From Chitinophagales bacterium (GTDB taxonomy: Bacteria; Bacteroidota; Bacteroidia; Chitinophagales; JADIYW01): a stretch of 64,000 nt of DNA. Below are positions 36,938 through 46,395 of the stretch, piece by piece. The DNA lies in assembly GCA_023957235.1 (NCBI GenBank), contig JAMLHI010000006.1, positions 77,525 through 141,524 of the forward strand, written 5' to 3'. The notes below the pieces were generated by a model. The model was not told where the DNA came from. It did no database searches and was given only the letters and a program-made list of their open reading frames with translations. The translations under genes and the position numbers were made by a program. How positions within the stretch are numbered: position 1 is the stretch's first letter; every line of letters begins with the position of its first letter.

Positions 36938-38593
36938 ATGAAAAAATATTTTCCAATCATTATTCTATTGTTAGTTGGATCTAGCCTGAATATTATAGCT
37001 CAACCTCATTCGCAATCACCCAAATTGATAGTGAATATTGTAGTTGATCAAATGAAACAAGACTATTTATTTAGGTTTTGGAATTTGTTTGGGGAAGAAG
37101 GCTTTAAAAAATTAGTCAACGAAGGGTATAATTTTGCTAATTGTCAGTATAGTTATTTTCCTACATATACCGCTGCTGGACATGCATGCATAGGTACAGG
37201 TGCAACTCCTTCTGTGAACGGTATTGTAGGCAATGATTGGTATGAAAATATTACTGGAGAGAAGATGTATTGTGTGTCAGATAGGAATGTAAAAGGAGTC
37301 GGTACGGAGACTGCCAGTGGACAGATGTCACCTCGAAATCTTCTATCTTCTACAATTGGTGATGAATTGAGATTAGCCACCAATTATCGTTCAAAAGTAT
37401 ATGGTGTTTCTCTCAAGGACAGAGGTGCTATCTTACCTCCGGGTCATTTAGCAAATGCTGCTTACTGGTTGGATATTACAGAAGGTAATTTTGTTTCTTC
37501 GACTTATTATATGGATGAATTGCCTTCTTGGGTCAAAGATTTTAACAAAAAAAATCTAGTGGACAAATATCTTAATCAGACATGGAAATCTTCAGTTTCT
37601 ATTCATACGCTAGAAAAATATACAGAAGAGGATAATAGCCCTTTTGAGAATATTCCCAAAGGAATGACTTCGTCTTCATTTCCCTATAATTTGAAAGAGT
37701 TAAAAGATAAAAATGGAGGGAAGTCCTTAATTATGAATACTCCTTTCGGCAATTCTTTGCTATTGGAATTTACTGAGGCACTGATAAAGAATGAAAAAAT
37801 TGGCAAAATGAAAGAGGCCAATGAGGCTCCAGACCTTTTGTATGTTAGCTTTTCTTCTACAGATTATATTGGGCATTTCTTTGGGATTCGTTCTGTAGAA
37901 ATTGCCGATACTTATATTCGATTGGATAAAGAGATAGCTAGTCTTATCAAGCTATTAGAATATCAGATAGGTAAAGATGAATTTGTTATTGTATTGACAG
38001 CAGATCATGCCGCTGCTGATAATCCAAAGTATTTGGCTTCAAAAAAGATGGAAACGGACTTTTTTAATAATAATGTAGTTAAATCTGATTTGAGAACTCA
38101 TTTGGAAAAACTATATGGACAAGATGTTATAGATGGATATATCAATTCACAAATTTATCTCAATAAGGAAGTTATTAATTCTTTAGCCCTTAATGAAAAC
38201 CAAGTAAAAGATGAGATTATTGAATTTATGAAATTTCAGCCTGGAGTAAAGAATGTTTTTTCATCAAAAATTCTTTCAGATGGGTGTATTTCTGATGATA
38301 TGCTGAAATACTATAGCAATGGATATTATCCTCTGCGTTGTGGAGATGTTTTTATCCAGCTTCAACCGGGATGGTTAGATATGAGTTGGTCTCAATCTGG
38401 AACTACTCATGGCTCTGTTTATGCTTATGACAAGCATGTGCCTCTACTCTTTTATGGCAAGGGTATTCCTGTAGGCAAAACTTATGACTTAGTCAGTCCT
38501 AGCCATATTGCTTCAACTTTATCTGCCATGATAGGTATTTCACCACCTAATGGTTGTACGATCTCTCCATTAGTCAATTATTTTGATAAATAA
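36938..38593 (+). CDS. Alkaline phosphatase / nucleotide pyrophosphatase superfamily enzyme (PafA-like)
   Basis: Signal peptide MKKYFPIIILLLVGSSLNIIAQ. Motifs PTYTAAGHACIGTGATPSVNGIVGNDWY, SFSSTDYIGH, LTADHAA. The track start 36836 is a TTG in non-coding-looking sequence. Confidence 0.8.
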   Translation: MKKYFPIIILLLVGSSLNIIAQPHSQSPKLIVNIVVDQMKQDYLFRFWNLFGEEGFKKLVNEGYNFANCQYSYFPTYTAAGHACIGTGATPSVNGIVGNDWYENITGEKMYCVSDRNVKGVGTETASGQMSPRNLLSSTIGDELRLATNYRSKVYGVSLKDRGAILPPGHLANAAYWLDITEGNFVSSTYYMDELPSWVKDFNKKNLVDKYLNQTWKSSVSIHTLEKYTEEDNSPFENIPKGMTSSSFPYNLKELKDKNGGKSLIMNTPFGNSLLLEFTEALIKNEKIGKMKEANEAPDLLYVSFSSTDYIGHFFGIRSVEIADTYIRLDKEIASLIKLLEYQIGKDEFVIVLTADHAAADNPKYLASKKMETDFFNNNVVKSDLRTHLEKLYGQDVIDGYINSQIYLNKEVINSLALNENQVKDEIIEFMKFQPGVKNVFSSKILSDGCISDDMLKYYSNGYYPLRCGDVFIQLQPGWLDMSWSQSGTTHGSVYAYDKHVPLLFYGKGIPVGKTYDLVSPSHIASTLSAMIGISPPNGCTISPLVNYFDK

Positions 38594-38611
38594 ATTCAAT
38601 ATTGTATTCAA

Positions 38612-40837
38612 ATGCTAAGGTGGGAGGAAATGCGTAAATGGTGGTGCGGCTTTTGGATATATTTGAGTCTATCCATTGTTGCCAATGCTCAGACTACCGT
38701 GGGCTTCCATGAGATTGATTATATTCCTGTCAAACAAGATGGAGTTTACTTAAAATATCCTTGGGCAGGAGGCTTGAACAGTGCTCAATTTTGTGATTTG
38801 GATTTGAATGGTGACGGGCTTAGAGATTTGATGGTGTATGAAAAGACAGATAATAGTATTCTAACTTTTATTGCTATTGATAAAGCACAATATGTATTAG
38901 ATAGAAGATTTATTAAGAATATACCACAGATACAAGGTTGGGTGGTCAATAAAGATATGAATTGTGATGGAATTGATGATTTGTTAACCTATAATGACGG
39001 TTCAATTGCTGTTTATCGTGGATATATGGAAAGTGATACATTAAAATTTGAATTGTGGGTAAGTGAAATATTATATCAAAGTAGTTCTGGAAGTATCAAT
39101 CTCTATGGAACTTTTGTGGATAGACCTGCTGTAGCAGATTTTGATTATGATGGAGATATGGATATCCTGACTTTCAACGTCAGTGCCAATCGTATTTTAC
39201 TATATAAAAATAGGAGAGTAGAGAATGGACTTGATTGTGATAGTCTATCTTTTACTTTGAATGATAATTGTTGGGGCAATGTGTATGAGTCAGGTTTTAG
39301 TGCAATTGTTGATATGAAGGATACTTGCTTATATAAGATTTCTGGAGGAAAGTTTGCTGATGTAAACAATAATGAGGCGACAAGAATGCGTCATGCAGGT
39401 TCAACGTTAGAAGCTTTTGATATCAGAGGTAGAGGAGTGTTGGATGTGTTGATGGGTGATGTATCTTATAATTTCATCAATCATCTTAGAAATGATGGAG
39501 ATAGGAAATATGCCTCAATACTAGCTCAGGATACTTTATTTCCCTCGTATAACACTTCAGTAGATGTGGCTTCATTTCCATTATCTACATTTATAGACAT
39601 TGATCATGATGGGAAAAAAGACTTGATTGTGACACCTTTTGAAGGTTTGGGTGTAGATAATTATCAGAATGTATTATTCTATAAAAATATAGGAAATGAT
39701 TCAGTCCATTTATCTTTTATGACCCGTTCGTTTCTTGTTGGTGATATGTTGGATGTCGGAGAAAATGCCGCACCAGCAATCATTGATATAGATGGTGATG
39801 GATTGAAAGATATGATAATAGGAGGAGGCTATCGTCGCAATGGAAAAATGAATTATCATTTACATTATTTTAAAAATATAGGTTCATTGACTTACCCAGT
39901 ATTTCGATTAGAAGAAGATGATTTTTTAAATTTCAACTCTTATGGATGGGCAGATCCTGTTCCAGCAGTTGGAGATTTAGATGGAGATGGTAAGGATGAT
40001 TTATTGCTTGGACTATATGACGGAAGGATTTTGTTTTATAGAAATATTTCTGAGAATGATGGATTTAAAGCAAGTCAGCCTGAGTTTTTAAAACTAGGCG
40101 CTTCCAATCTAGATATAGGTCAAAATGCTGCTCCTTGTGTTTTTGATATAGATAGAGATGGTAAAGCAGAACTGTTTGTTGGAGAATTTAATGGCAATAT
40201 TAATCTTTATAAAAATATAGAAACAAATGGAAAAGTACAGTTAGAACTCATCACTGATTCTGTAGGGAAAATTAGAACAACAACAGATGTCTTACCTTTT
40301 GGGTATAGCAGTATTGCTGTTGGTGATTTTTATCATGATGGAAAATTTGATCTTTTCGTAGGTTCATATCTTCATTTAAGATTTGTTGACAATATTGAGG
40401 ATAGTCTATTTCAACCCGTACAGATGCAAGACCTGTCTTTTAATTTGGGAAGGAGAGTTGTTCCAACATTTGATGACTTTATGGATAGCGGTGATAGAAC
40501 ATTGCTATTAGGAATTCAATCTGGAGGTGTAAGATGGTTTAGTCAGAATCCCCCTGAATATCAACCAGTAGGATGGAAAGAAATGGAGTCTTTATCAGTA
40601 AAATTTGAGATTTTTCCCAATCCAAGTAATGGAGAATTTCAGGTCAAATTATTTTCTCAGCTAGAACATGTAAGCTGGGTAGTGTATAATATGATGGGGA
40701 CGGCATGCCAATCAGGCAAATTAAATGGACAAATTGAAAAAATTTCTTTATCTTATCTTCCTAATGGAGTATATGTATTCCAACTCATGAAAGAAGGGCG
40801 ATTTTTTGGAAGTCAATTATTCGTTAAATCTCGGTAA
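38612..40837 (+). CDS. FG-GAP/VCBS repeat beta-propeller protein with T9SS type-A CTD
   Basis: At least eight D-x-(D/N)-x-D-G-x-x-D-(L/I) repeats (DLNGDGLRDLMVY, DIDGDGLKDMIIG, DLDGDGKDDLLLG and others). C-terminal FPNPSNGEFQVKL...LPNGVYVFQL tail. An alternative ATG lies at 38630. Confidence 0.85.
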   Translation: MLRWEEMRKWWCGFWIYLSLSIVANAQTTVGFHEIDYIPVKQDGVYLKYPWAGGLNSAQFCDLDLNGDGLRDLMVYEKTDNSILTFIAIDKAQYVLDRRFIKNIPQIQGWVVNKDMNCDGIDDLLTYNDGSIAVYRGYMESDTLKFELWVSEILYQSSSGSINLYGTFVDRPAVADFDYDGDMDILTFNVSANRILLYKNRRVENGLDCDSLSFTLNDNCWGNVYESGFSAIVDMKDTCLYKISGGKFADVNNNEATRMRHAGSTLEAFDIRGRGVLDVLMGDVSYNFINHLRNDGDRKYASILAQDTLFPSYNTSVDVASFPLSTFIDIDHDGKKDLIVTPFEGLGVDNYQNVLFYKNIGNDSVHLSFMTRSFLVGDMLDVGENAAPAIIDIDGDGLKDMIIGGGYRRNGKMNYHLHYFKNIGSLTYPVFRLEEDDFLNFNSYGWADPVPAVGDLDGDGKDDLLLGLYDGRILFYRNISENDGFKASQPEFLKLGASNLDIGQNAAPCVFDIDRDGKAELFVGEFNGNINLYKNIETNGKVQLELITDSVGKIRTTTDVLPFGYSSIAVGDFYHDGKFDLFVGSYLHLRFVDNIEDSLFQPVQMQDLSFNLGRRVVPTFDDFMDSGDRTLLLGIQSGGVRWFSQNPPEYQPVGWKEMESLSVKFEIFPNPSNGEFQVKLFSQLEHVSWVVYNMMGTACQSGKLNGQIEKISLSYLPNGVYVFQLMKEGRFFGSQLFVKSR

Positions 40838-40838
40838 G

Positions 40839-41495
40839 ATGTCAAATAATATAGCTATAGTTGCGGGAGGTACTGGTTTAGTAGGTCAGTATGTTTTGGA
40901 GTATCTATTAGAAGATGATGATTTTGAAAAAGTGTATATTCTCAATAGGCGCTCTGTAGGATATATACATCATAAAGCAAAAGAAATTATTGTAGATTTT
41001 GAAAATTTAAGTGACAGTGTCAATGATATTCGACCTACGCATGCATACTGTTGTCTAGGGACAACGATTAAAAAGGCGGGTAGCAAAGAAGCGTTTAAGA
41101 AAGTAGATTATTATTATGCGTTAGAATTTGCTGAAGTGGTTCATCGTTTGGGTTGTGAAAACTTTAGTGTGGTTACTGCCTTGGGTACTAATCATCCGTC
41201 CTCTATTTTTTACAATCAAGTCAAATATGAACTCACCCAATCATTAATAAGAGAAAGATTTCAAATTTTAAATATCATTCAACCTTCCTTATTGATAGGA
41301 GATAGAGGCGAGATTCGTATTGGTGAAAAAATAGGGCAAAAAGTTTTTGAATGGACAAATTCATTATGGATAGGACCTTTTAAGAAATATGCAGGTATTG
41401 AAGGTCGGCAAGTGGCGAAAGCAATGGTTGCTATTTCTAAAAAGCAGCAACATGGTATTTTTAAATATCCATCAGACCAGTTACAGAAATTTTAA
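40839..41495 (+). CDS. NAD(P)H-binding (atypical SDR/NmrA-like) protein
   Basis: Rossmann motif IAIVAGGTGLVGQYV directly after the ATG at 40839. The track start 40806 is a TTG overlapping the previous gene. Confidence 0.75.
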   Translation: MSNNIAIVAGGTGLVGQYVLEYLLEDDDFEKVYILNRRSVGYIHHKAKEIIVDFENLSDSVNDIRPTHAYCCLGTTIKKAGSKEAFKKVDYYYALEFAEVVHRLGCENFSVVTALGTNHPSSIFYNQVKYELTQSLIRERFQILNIIQPSLLIGDRGEIRIGEKIGQKVFEWTNSLWIGPFKKYAGIEGRQVAKAMVAISKKQQHGIFKYPSDQLQKF

Positions 41496-41759
41496 AATTT
41501 ATTTTAAAAATGAGAATGGAGAATATTTCGAAGCGGATTCTTTCGGATTTTTAGTAAAAGGAATTTCAGGTTCGATGATTTCTGCTAATAATTCTAATAG
41601 TTTTTCTTCAAATAGGATTTTAAAATAATCAGGAAGATAGTTGCCTTCATTGAGATATTTTATTCCTTTGTTTAGTTCTCTGATCGCGTAAAACCCAATA
41701 ACTGTGTTTTCTTTTTCAAATAAATAATTATAGAATAGTCCTTGGAAAGTTTGAGTAGA
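41482..41759. repeat. Direct repeat copy A (278 bp) of the nuclease-gene 3' end
   Basis: Aligns to 43542-43819 at a constant offset of 2,060 bp. There are 7 substitutions plus a 1-nt indel at the left edge. Confidence 0.95.
41499..41759 (-). pseudogene. Orphan 3' fragment (~86 codons) of the PD-(D/E)XK nuclease gene
   Basis: The minus-strand frame stays open and reads ...STQTFQGLFYNYLFEKENTVIGFYAIRELNKG...ESASKYSPFSFLK(stop), matching the C-terminus of the 926-aa protein. There is no start codon, and a TGA lies shortly upstream. Confidence 0.85.
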
Positions 41760-41884
41760 GTTTATTATTCTTTTCTTGCCAACACATATTCAATATCTAT
41801 TTCTTATAAAACGAAATAAGGATAAAAGTGTTTGGATGAGTATGAATTAGTCGTATTGAAAACTTTTCATCCATTTTCAGACAC

Positions 41885-43093
41885 CTATACTTCACCTAAC
41901 TCTCGATAGGGGATTAGTTTTATCTTTTTACCTTTTATGTTGTATTCGTCAGTTTGATTAAAAGTGATGATTTTCCCTTCTTGAACATCAAAGAAGTTCA
42001 TAGCTTCTTCTAAACCTTCAATTTCTCTTTTAAGATTATCTTCATTGATATGGTAACAAACCTGTACTAATTCATCTAACTTATCTTTATTAAATACTAC
42101 AAAATCACATTCCTTTTTTTCATTAAAGTAATAAAGTTGTCGCCCTTTTCTTCTATAATGTAGGAAGACTAAGTTTTCTAATCTTCGACCCCAGTCATCA
42201 GTAAAAACTACAGAATTATGTGTGAAAACACCCAAATCTATGGCATATACTTTCTTTGGATTTCTTATCTGTGTCTTGAGTGAATAACTAAATTTGGGTA
42301 TAAACTGTACTAAATAAGCATCTTCCATATAGGCGAAATATTCTAATATGGTACTGGTGGCTTTTATTTCTAAATTTTTGGATAGCTTACTTGCTGATAT
42401 GGGTTTGCCAATATTTGAAAGTAAATAAACAGCTAAACGTCTTAAAGATTGAGCATCTCTCACACCATATCTGACAGCTATATCTCTTAATAATATATCG
42501 TCTAGAAGTTGTTGTAAAACAAGTGGTATCTTAGTCTTGATGTAGTCCGGGAACCCACCATCTTTAAGGTATTCGGAAAGCTTTTCAAGTGACTCTTCGA
42601 CTTCTCTGAGTTGTAAATATTCAGAATATGAAAATGGAAAAAGTTCGTAAGACAAATGTCTTCCAGTTAATTTAGTACCTAACTCTTTACTCAATAAGGA
42701 AGCATTAGAACCTGTGACTACAATATTGTATCCTTCATCTAATTTCTGTCTGACATAGACTTCCCATTTGTTTAGCATTTGCACTTCATCTAGAAAAAGA
42801 TTTTTGATAGCTCGTTTTTCTAATTCTTTATCTAGTCGCCTGAAATCATCTATTTCAAAACCTGTCAATCTAGGGTCTTCAAAATTTAAAAAGATGGATT
42901 TCCCCACAACTGTCGGTAACAATTGCCTTAATAAAGTACTTTTACCACATCTTCTAACTCCTGTTATGATAGTTGCAAAACCTTGATGAAGCTTTATCTC
43001 TTCTAGCTTATTTCGCAACACTCCTTGGTCTCTTTCTATCCAAACAGTATTTTGATTATCTATGATATCTGCTATGATTTCTTGTGATATCAT
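41885..43093 (-). CDS. AAA-type ATPase with C-terminal DUF4143-like domain
   Basis: Walker A GVRRCGKSTLL and Walker B LFLDEVQ, with length and C-terminal pattern typical of AAA_14/DUF4143 proteins. The track start 43141 is TTG; ATGs lie at 43120 and 43093. Confidence 0.8.
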   Translation of the reverse strand: MISQEIIADIIDNQNTVWIERDQGVLRNKLEEIKLHQGFATIITGVRRCGKSTLLRQLLPTVVGKSIFLNFEDPRLTGFEIDDFRRLDKELEKRAIKNLFLDEVQMLNKWEVYVRQKLDEGYNIVVTGSNASLLSKELGTKLTGRHLSYELFPFSYSEYLQLREVEESLEKLSEYLKDGGFPDYIKTKIPLVLQQLLDDILLRDIAVRYGVRDAQSLRRLAVYLLSNIGKPISASKLSKNLEIKATSTILEYFAYMEDAYLVQFIPKFSYSLKTQIRNPKKVYAIDLGVFTHNSVVFTDDWGRRLENLVFLHYRRKGRQLYYFNEKKECDFVVFNKDKLDELVQVCYHINEDNLKREIEGLEEAMNFFDVQEGKIITFNQTDEYNIKGKKIKLIPYRELGEV

Positions 43094-43459
43094 TCCACTT
43101 TTTATAACAAATATAATCATTTGTTCGATACTGTAAAACAATATTGTTCGACTTTATCAAATAATATTGTTTGGTACTATCAAATGAAGTTGATAAGAGT
43201 GAATTGCTATTTCAAAATCTCCATCTTTTCCAAAACAATCAAGGCAGCTTTTCTATTGGAACCCCAATGAAATTCATCATGTTCACTAGTGGCTCTTACT
43301 GCACGATGATAGGGTATGATTAATTATGTTGTTATTGGATATGATATATTTTATTTATAATAGCACTATAATTCCCTTTATTTATTTGTTTTATGGCTTT
43401 AGTAGTAGCTATGCAAATTGAACTTAGAATAGGGTTTTTTATCCACAAGTTTATAGATG

Positions 43460-43502
43460 AAAAAAAGTAGTTGATGGAGAGATTTTTAACCAAATCATCA
43501 AC
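43460..43502 (-). terminator. Candidate terminator downstream of the nuclease gene
   Basis: Stem gttgatg / catcaac (43470-43476 / 43496-43502). The plus-strand A-run 43460-43466 gives a T-run after the stem on the minus strand. The loop is about 19 nt. Confidence 0.45.
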
Positions 43503-43541
43503 AAAGTAGTTACAGTAGAAACATAACCAACTACTAAAATG

Positions 43542-43819
43542 ACAGAAAATTTTAAAATTTATTTTAAAAAAGAAAATGGAGAATATTTCGAAGCTGATTC
43601 TTTCGGATTTTTAGTAAAAGGAATTTCAGGGTCGATGATTTCTGCTAATAATTCTAATAGTTTTTCTTCAAATAGGATTTTAAAATTTTCAGGAAGATAG
43701 TTGCCTTCATTGAGATATTTTATTCCTTTGTTTAGTTCTCTGATTGCGTAAAACCCAATAACTGTGTTTTCTTTTTCAAATAAATAATTATAGAATAGTC
43801 CTTGGAAAGTTTGAGTAGA
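43542..43819. repeat. Direct repeat copy B (part of the intact nuclease gene)
   Basis: See copy A (41482-41759). Confidence 0.95.
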
Positions 43820-46339
43820 TAGCTTATCCTGATTTCGTACAAACAATTGAGGAATCTTGTCTAAATTTTCTGATAAATTTATTTTCCCCGTTTTATAGTC
43901 CAATATTCTGTATCCTTTGTAAGTAATATCTACCCGATCGAGTTTGCCTTGAAGCTCAATATTGATACCGTTTGCTAAGGTTATGTTTTTGGAATATTTC
44001 TTTTCTAAACTTTCTATTTGAAAAGGTTCTTCTTTAGCGAGTTGTTTGTCAATTTGTAAAATATCTTTCATCACTTTTTGGATGACATCGAATGCTAACA
44101 AGTTTTTTCCTTTTAGGTTGTCAAAGGACTGGTATTCAGTGTGAAATGCTTGTTTTAGAATGCTGTCTAATTGTTTTTCGGCATTTTCTATCATTTCTGT
44201 GCTGATAGTTTGATGGATGAATGGTTGATAGATTAATTCTATAGCTTTGTGTAAAACATTACCAAAATCTGCTGCATTCAGTATTTCTTCAGTAATATCT
44301 TCTTCATAAATATTAGCAATATATTTAAGATAAAACTGAACAGGACATTTTAAATATAAGGTGAGTGCACTGGAAGAAAAGGCTTTCTTTTTTAAAATTT
44401 CAATATGAGCTTTTGTCTTTGGAATGATGAGATTTTCATTGATTAGTGCTTGATTCTTTTTAGGATATGACCAGTTATTTTGAATGATTTGATTAGTAGG
44501 AGTATTCAATTCTAATAGAACCTGTGAAAGAAATCTGCTCTTTTCAAATGGCATATCTCCTGATGTATTATTGTAAATAAAATGAGCTTCTTTAGTTCTC
44601 TTTAGAAGTCTAAAAAAGTGATATGCATACACACTATCATATTCTTTCAGTGTGGGTAATCCAAAAGGTACTCTTAGGCTATATGGAATATATGAGTTTC
44701 CTCGCTTGGATTTGGGTAAAATATCTTCATTTGCACCAGTAATGATGACTCTGTCAAAATCTAGTAAGCGTGTTTCCAAAAAACCCATGATTTGTATCGG
44801 TTTGGATTTTTCTGATATAAAAGGCACTTGAATAGTTCGTATATGGGTCAACAATAATTGATATATGGCTTTGAAAGAGATTTGATTTTCGTAGTTTTTT
44901 AATTGAACTTTTTTATTTTGAATGGCTGCCTCATAATAGTTCAAGATTATTTTCAGTTGACTATTCTCTTCTTGAATATGTTGAGTCAGTAATCTAAGTT
45001 GTTCTATCCAATATTGGCATAATATTTCTAAAGATTGGATATTTTTCTCCTTTTCTAAGAGGAGTTTCGGTATGTAAAGAGATAATATTTTGTGACTAAA
45101 ATAAAATGAATTGCTTTTTAGTATTACATTATTGAGTATATCAGCATCTTTTGCAGGATGAATCAGACGGAAAAAATAATGCTGGTACAACCGCTCAATG
45201 TCAGCCTTATGAATGCTTTCAGACAGATGAATTTTAAATAATATTTCCAACCAATCTGTCACCGAAGAATAACCTACAGGCAGACTCATCGTGATATTGA
45301 CTTTGTCATGTTGGCTGATTTCAAACAAGAGAGACTCTAAAGTGTTTTCATCAGAAAGGATGACTGCTGTGGAAAGAGCTTGACTTTGTTGATGATGAAC
45401 AATTTCTGAAACAATTTTATTTTGACCTTGAATCATTGGAGCACCATGAAAGAAATATTTTCTATTATTTTTTAATATATCATGCTGATTCCAAAAATGT
45501 TGTATTCCACTAAAACTAGTTTTGTATTTTCTTAAAAAATTTCCAGCTTCATGTTCTGGGTTATCCATGAAATAATCATCTACATCCCAATACATTGAAA
45601 TATTAACTGAGCTGGCAATTTTCTTTATTAATTTCTCATCAATTTCAGTAAACGCATTGAATCCAATAAAATGAATATTAGAGAAGGGTAGAGAAATAGA
45701 TTCGTCTTTTTTGATTTTATCATAGTATGCTCTATAAGCCATTCCTTCATAAGCCATGTTGTATTGGGAGAGATGCTCCTTGAACAGATGATATACTTTG
45801 CCGATTGTCTCCCAGGTGTTGACAAATTCTTTTTCAAATTCCTTTTCACTATCTGCCAATTTTAAAAAATGGCTTAATATTTCTTTTAACTCATTTTCAA
45901 TAGAAAATTGTGCATCTATTTTCTTCTCGTCTTGGATGATATTAAATAATCTATTGGCATCAACATAATATTTATCAATTTCATCAAAGTCACTGAGCAT
46001 CATTTTTCCCCACATTGCAAATTCTTCAAACTCCAGTTCTTCTTTCCACTGTGTTTTATAAACTTGAAAAAGTTCTAATAATAAAATGTCTTTATCTGGA
46101 ATAATATAATTACTCAACTGCACCCAAAAATTATTAATAGTTTGGATTTTCGGTAGTATAAATGTTGTACATCCCTTCGAAATAAGAATGTTTTTAAGAT
46201 GCTCTTTGAATAAAGAACAAGACCTCAGTGAAGGCAATATGATAGCTATGTTGATCATAGTGCCTTCATGGTTATTTGTGATATTTTCCGCTGCCCATTT
46301 TAGAAACGGAATATTTTGCTCCTCAGATTGTGAAATCAT
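43559..46339 (-). CDS. PD-(D/E)XK nuclease superfamily protein (AddB/RecB-nuclease-like, inactivated-helicase-like N-terminus)
   Basis: C-terminal nuclease motifs DFGNVLHKAIE ... GKLDRVD ... ILDYKTGK, 926 aa. No partner helicase gene in the window. Confidence 0.7.
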   Translation of the reverse strand: MISQSEEQNIPFLKWAAENITNNHEGTMINIAIILPSLRSCSLFKEHLKNILISKGCTTFILPKIQTINNFWVQLSNYIIPDKDILLLELFQVYKTQWKEELEFEEFAMWGKMMLSDFDEIDKYYVDANRLFNIIQDEKKIDAQFSIENELKEILSHFLKLADSEKEFEKEFVNTWETIGKVYHLFKEHLSQYNMAYEGMAYRAYYDKIKKDESISLPFSNIHFIGFNAFTEIDEKLIKKIASSVNISMYWDVDDYFMDNPEHEAGNFLRKYKTSFSGIQHFWNQHDILKNNRKYFFHGAPMIQGQNKIVSEIVHHQQSQALSTAVILSDENTLESLLFEISQHDKVNITMSLPVGYSSVTDWLEILFKIHLSESIHKADIERLYQHYFFRLIHPAKDADILNNVILKSNSFYFSHKILSLYIPKLLLEKEKNIQSLEILCQYWIEQLRLLTQHIQEENSQLKIILNYYEAAIQNKKVQLKNYENQISFKAIYQLLLTHIRTIQVPFISEKSKPIQIMGFLETRLLDFDRVIITGANEDILPKSKRGNSYIPYSLRVPFGLPTLKEYDSVYAYHFFRLLKRTKEAHFIYNNTSGDMPFEKSRFLSQVLLELNTPTNQIIQNNWSYPKKNQALINENLIIPKTKAHIEILKKKAFSSSALTLYLKCPVQFYLKYIANIYEEDITEEILNAADFGNVLHKAIELIYQPFIHQTISTEMIENAEKQLDSILKQAFHTEYQSFDNLKGKNLLAFDVIQKVMKDILQIDKQLAKEEPFQIESLEKKYSKNITLANGINIELQGKLDRVDITYKGYRILDYKTGKINLSENLDKIPQLFVRNQDKLSTQTFQGLFYNYLFEKENTVIGFYAIRELNKGIKYLNEGNYLPENFKILFEEKLLELLAEIIDPEIPFTKNPKESASKYSPFSFLK

Positions 46340-46395
46340 ATTTTAAGATATGAAATTATCTCAGTACTATGCTAATATTATAAAAAGAGTATTTT

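Noticed and set aside
41389-41628. 79-aa plus-strand ORF spanning the end of the NAD(P)-binding gene and repeat copy A
   Set aside because: It overlaps a well-supported gene out of frame and runs antisense through the nuclease-gene remnant. It is an artefact of the duplication.
43200-43316. Minus-strand 38-codon frame LIIPYHRAVRATSEHDEFHWGSNRKAALIVLEKMEILK, resembling the C-terminus of MGMT/Atl-type DNA-binding proteins (PCHRV-like PYHRAV)
   Set aside because: It is too short, has no start and has a stop directly upstream. The resemblance rests on a few residues. At best it is a gene fragment inside the insertion, so it is not reported as a feature.
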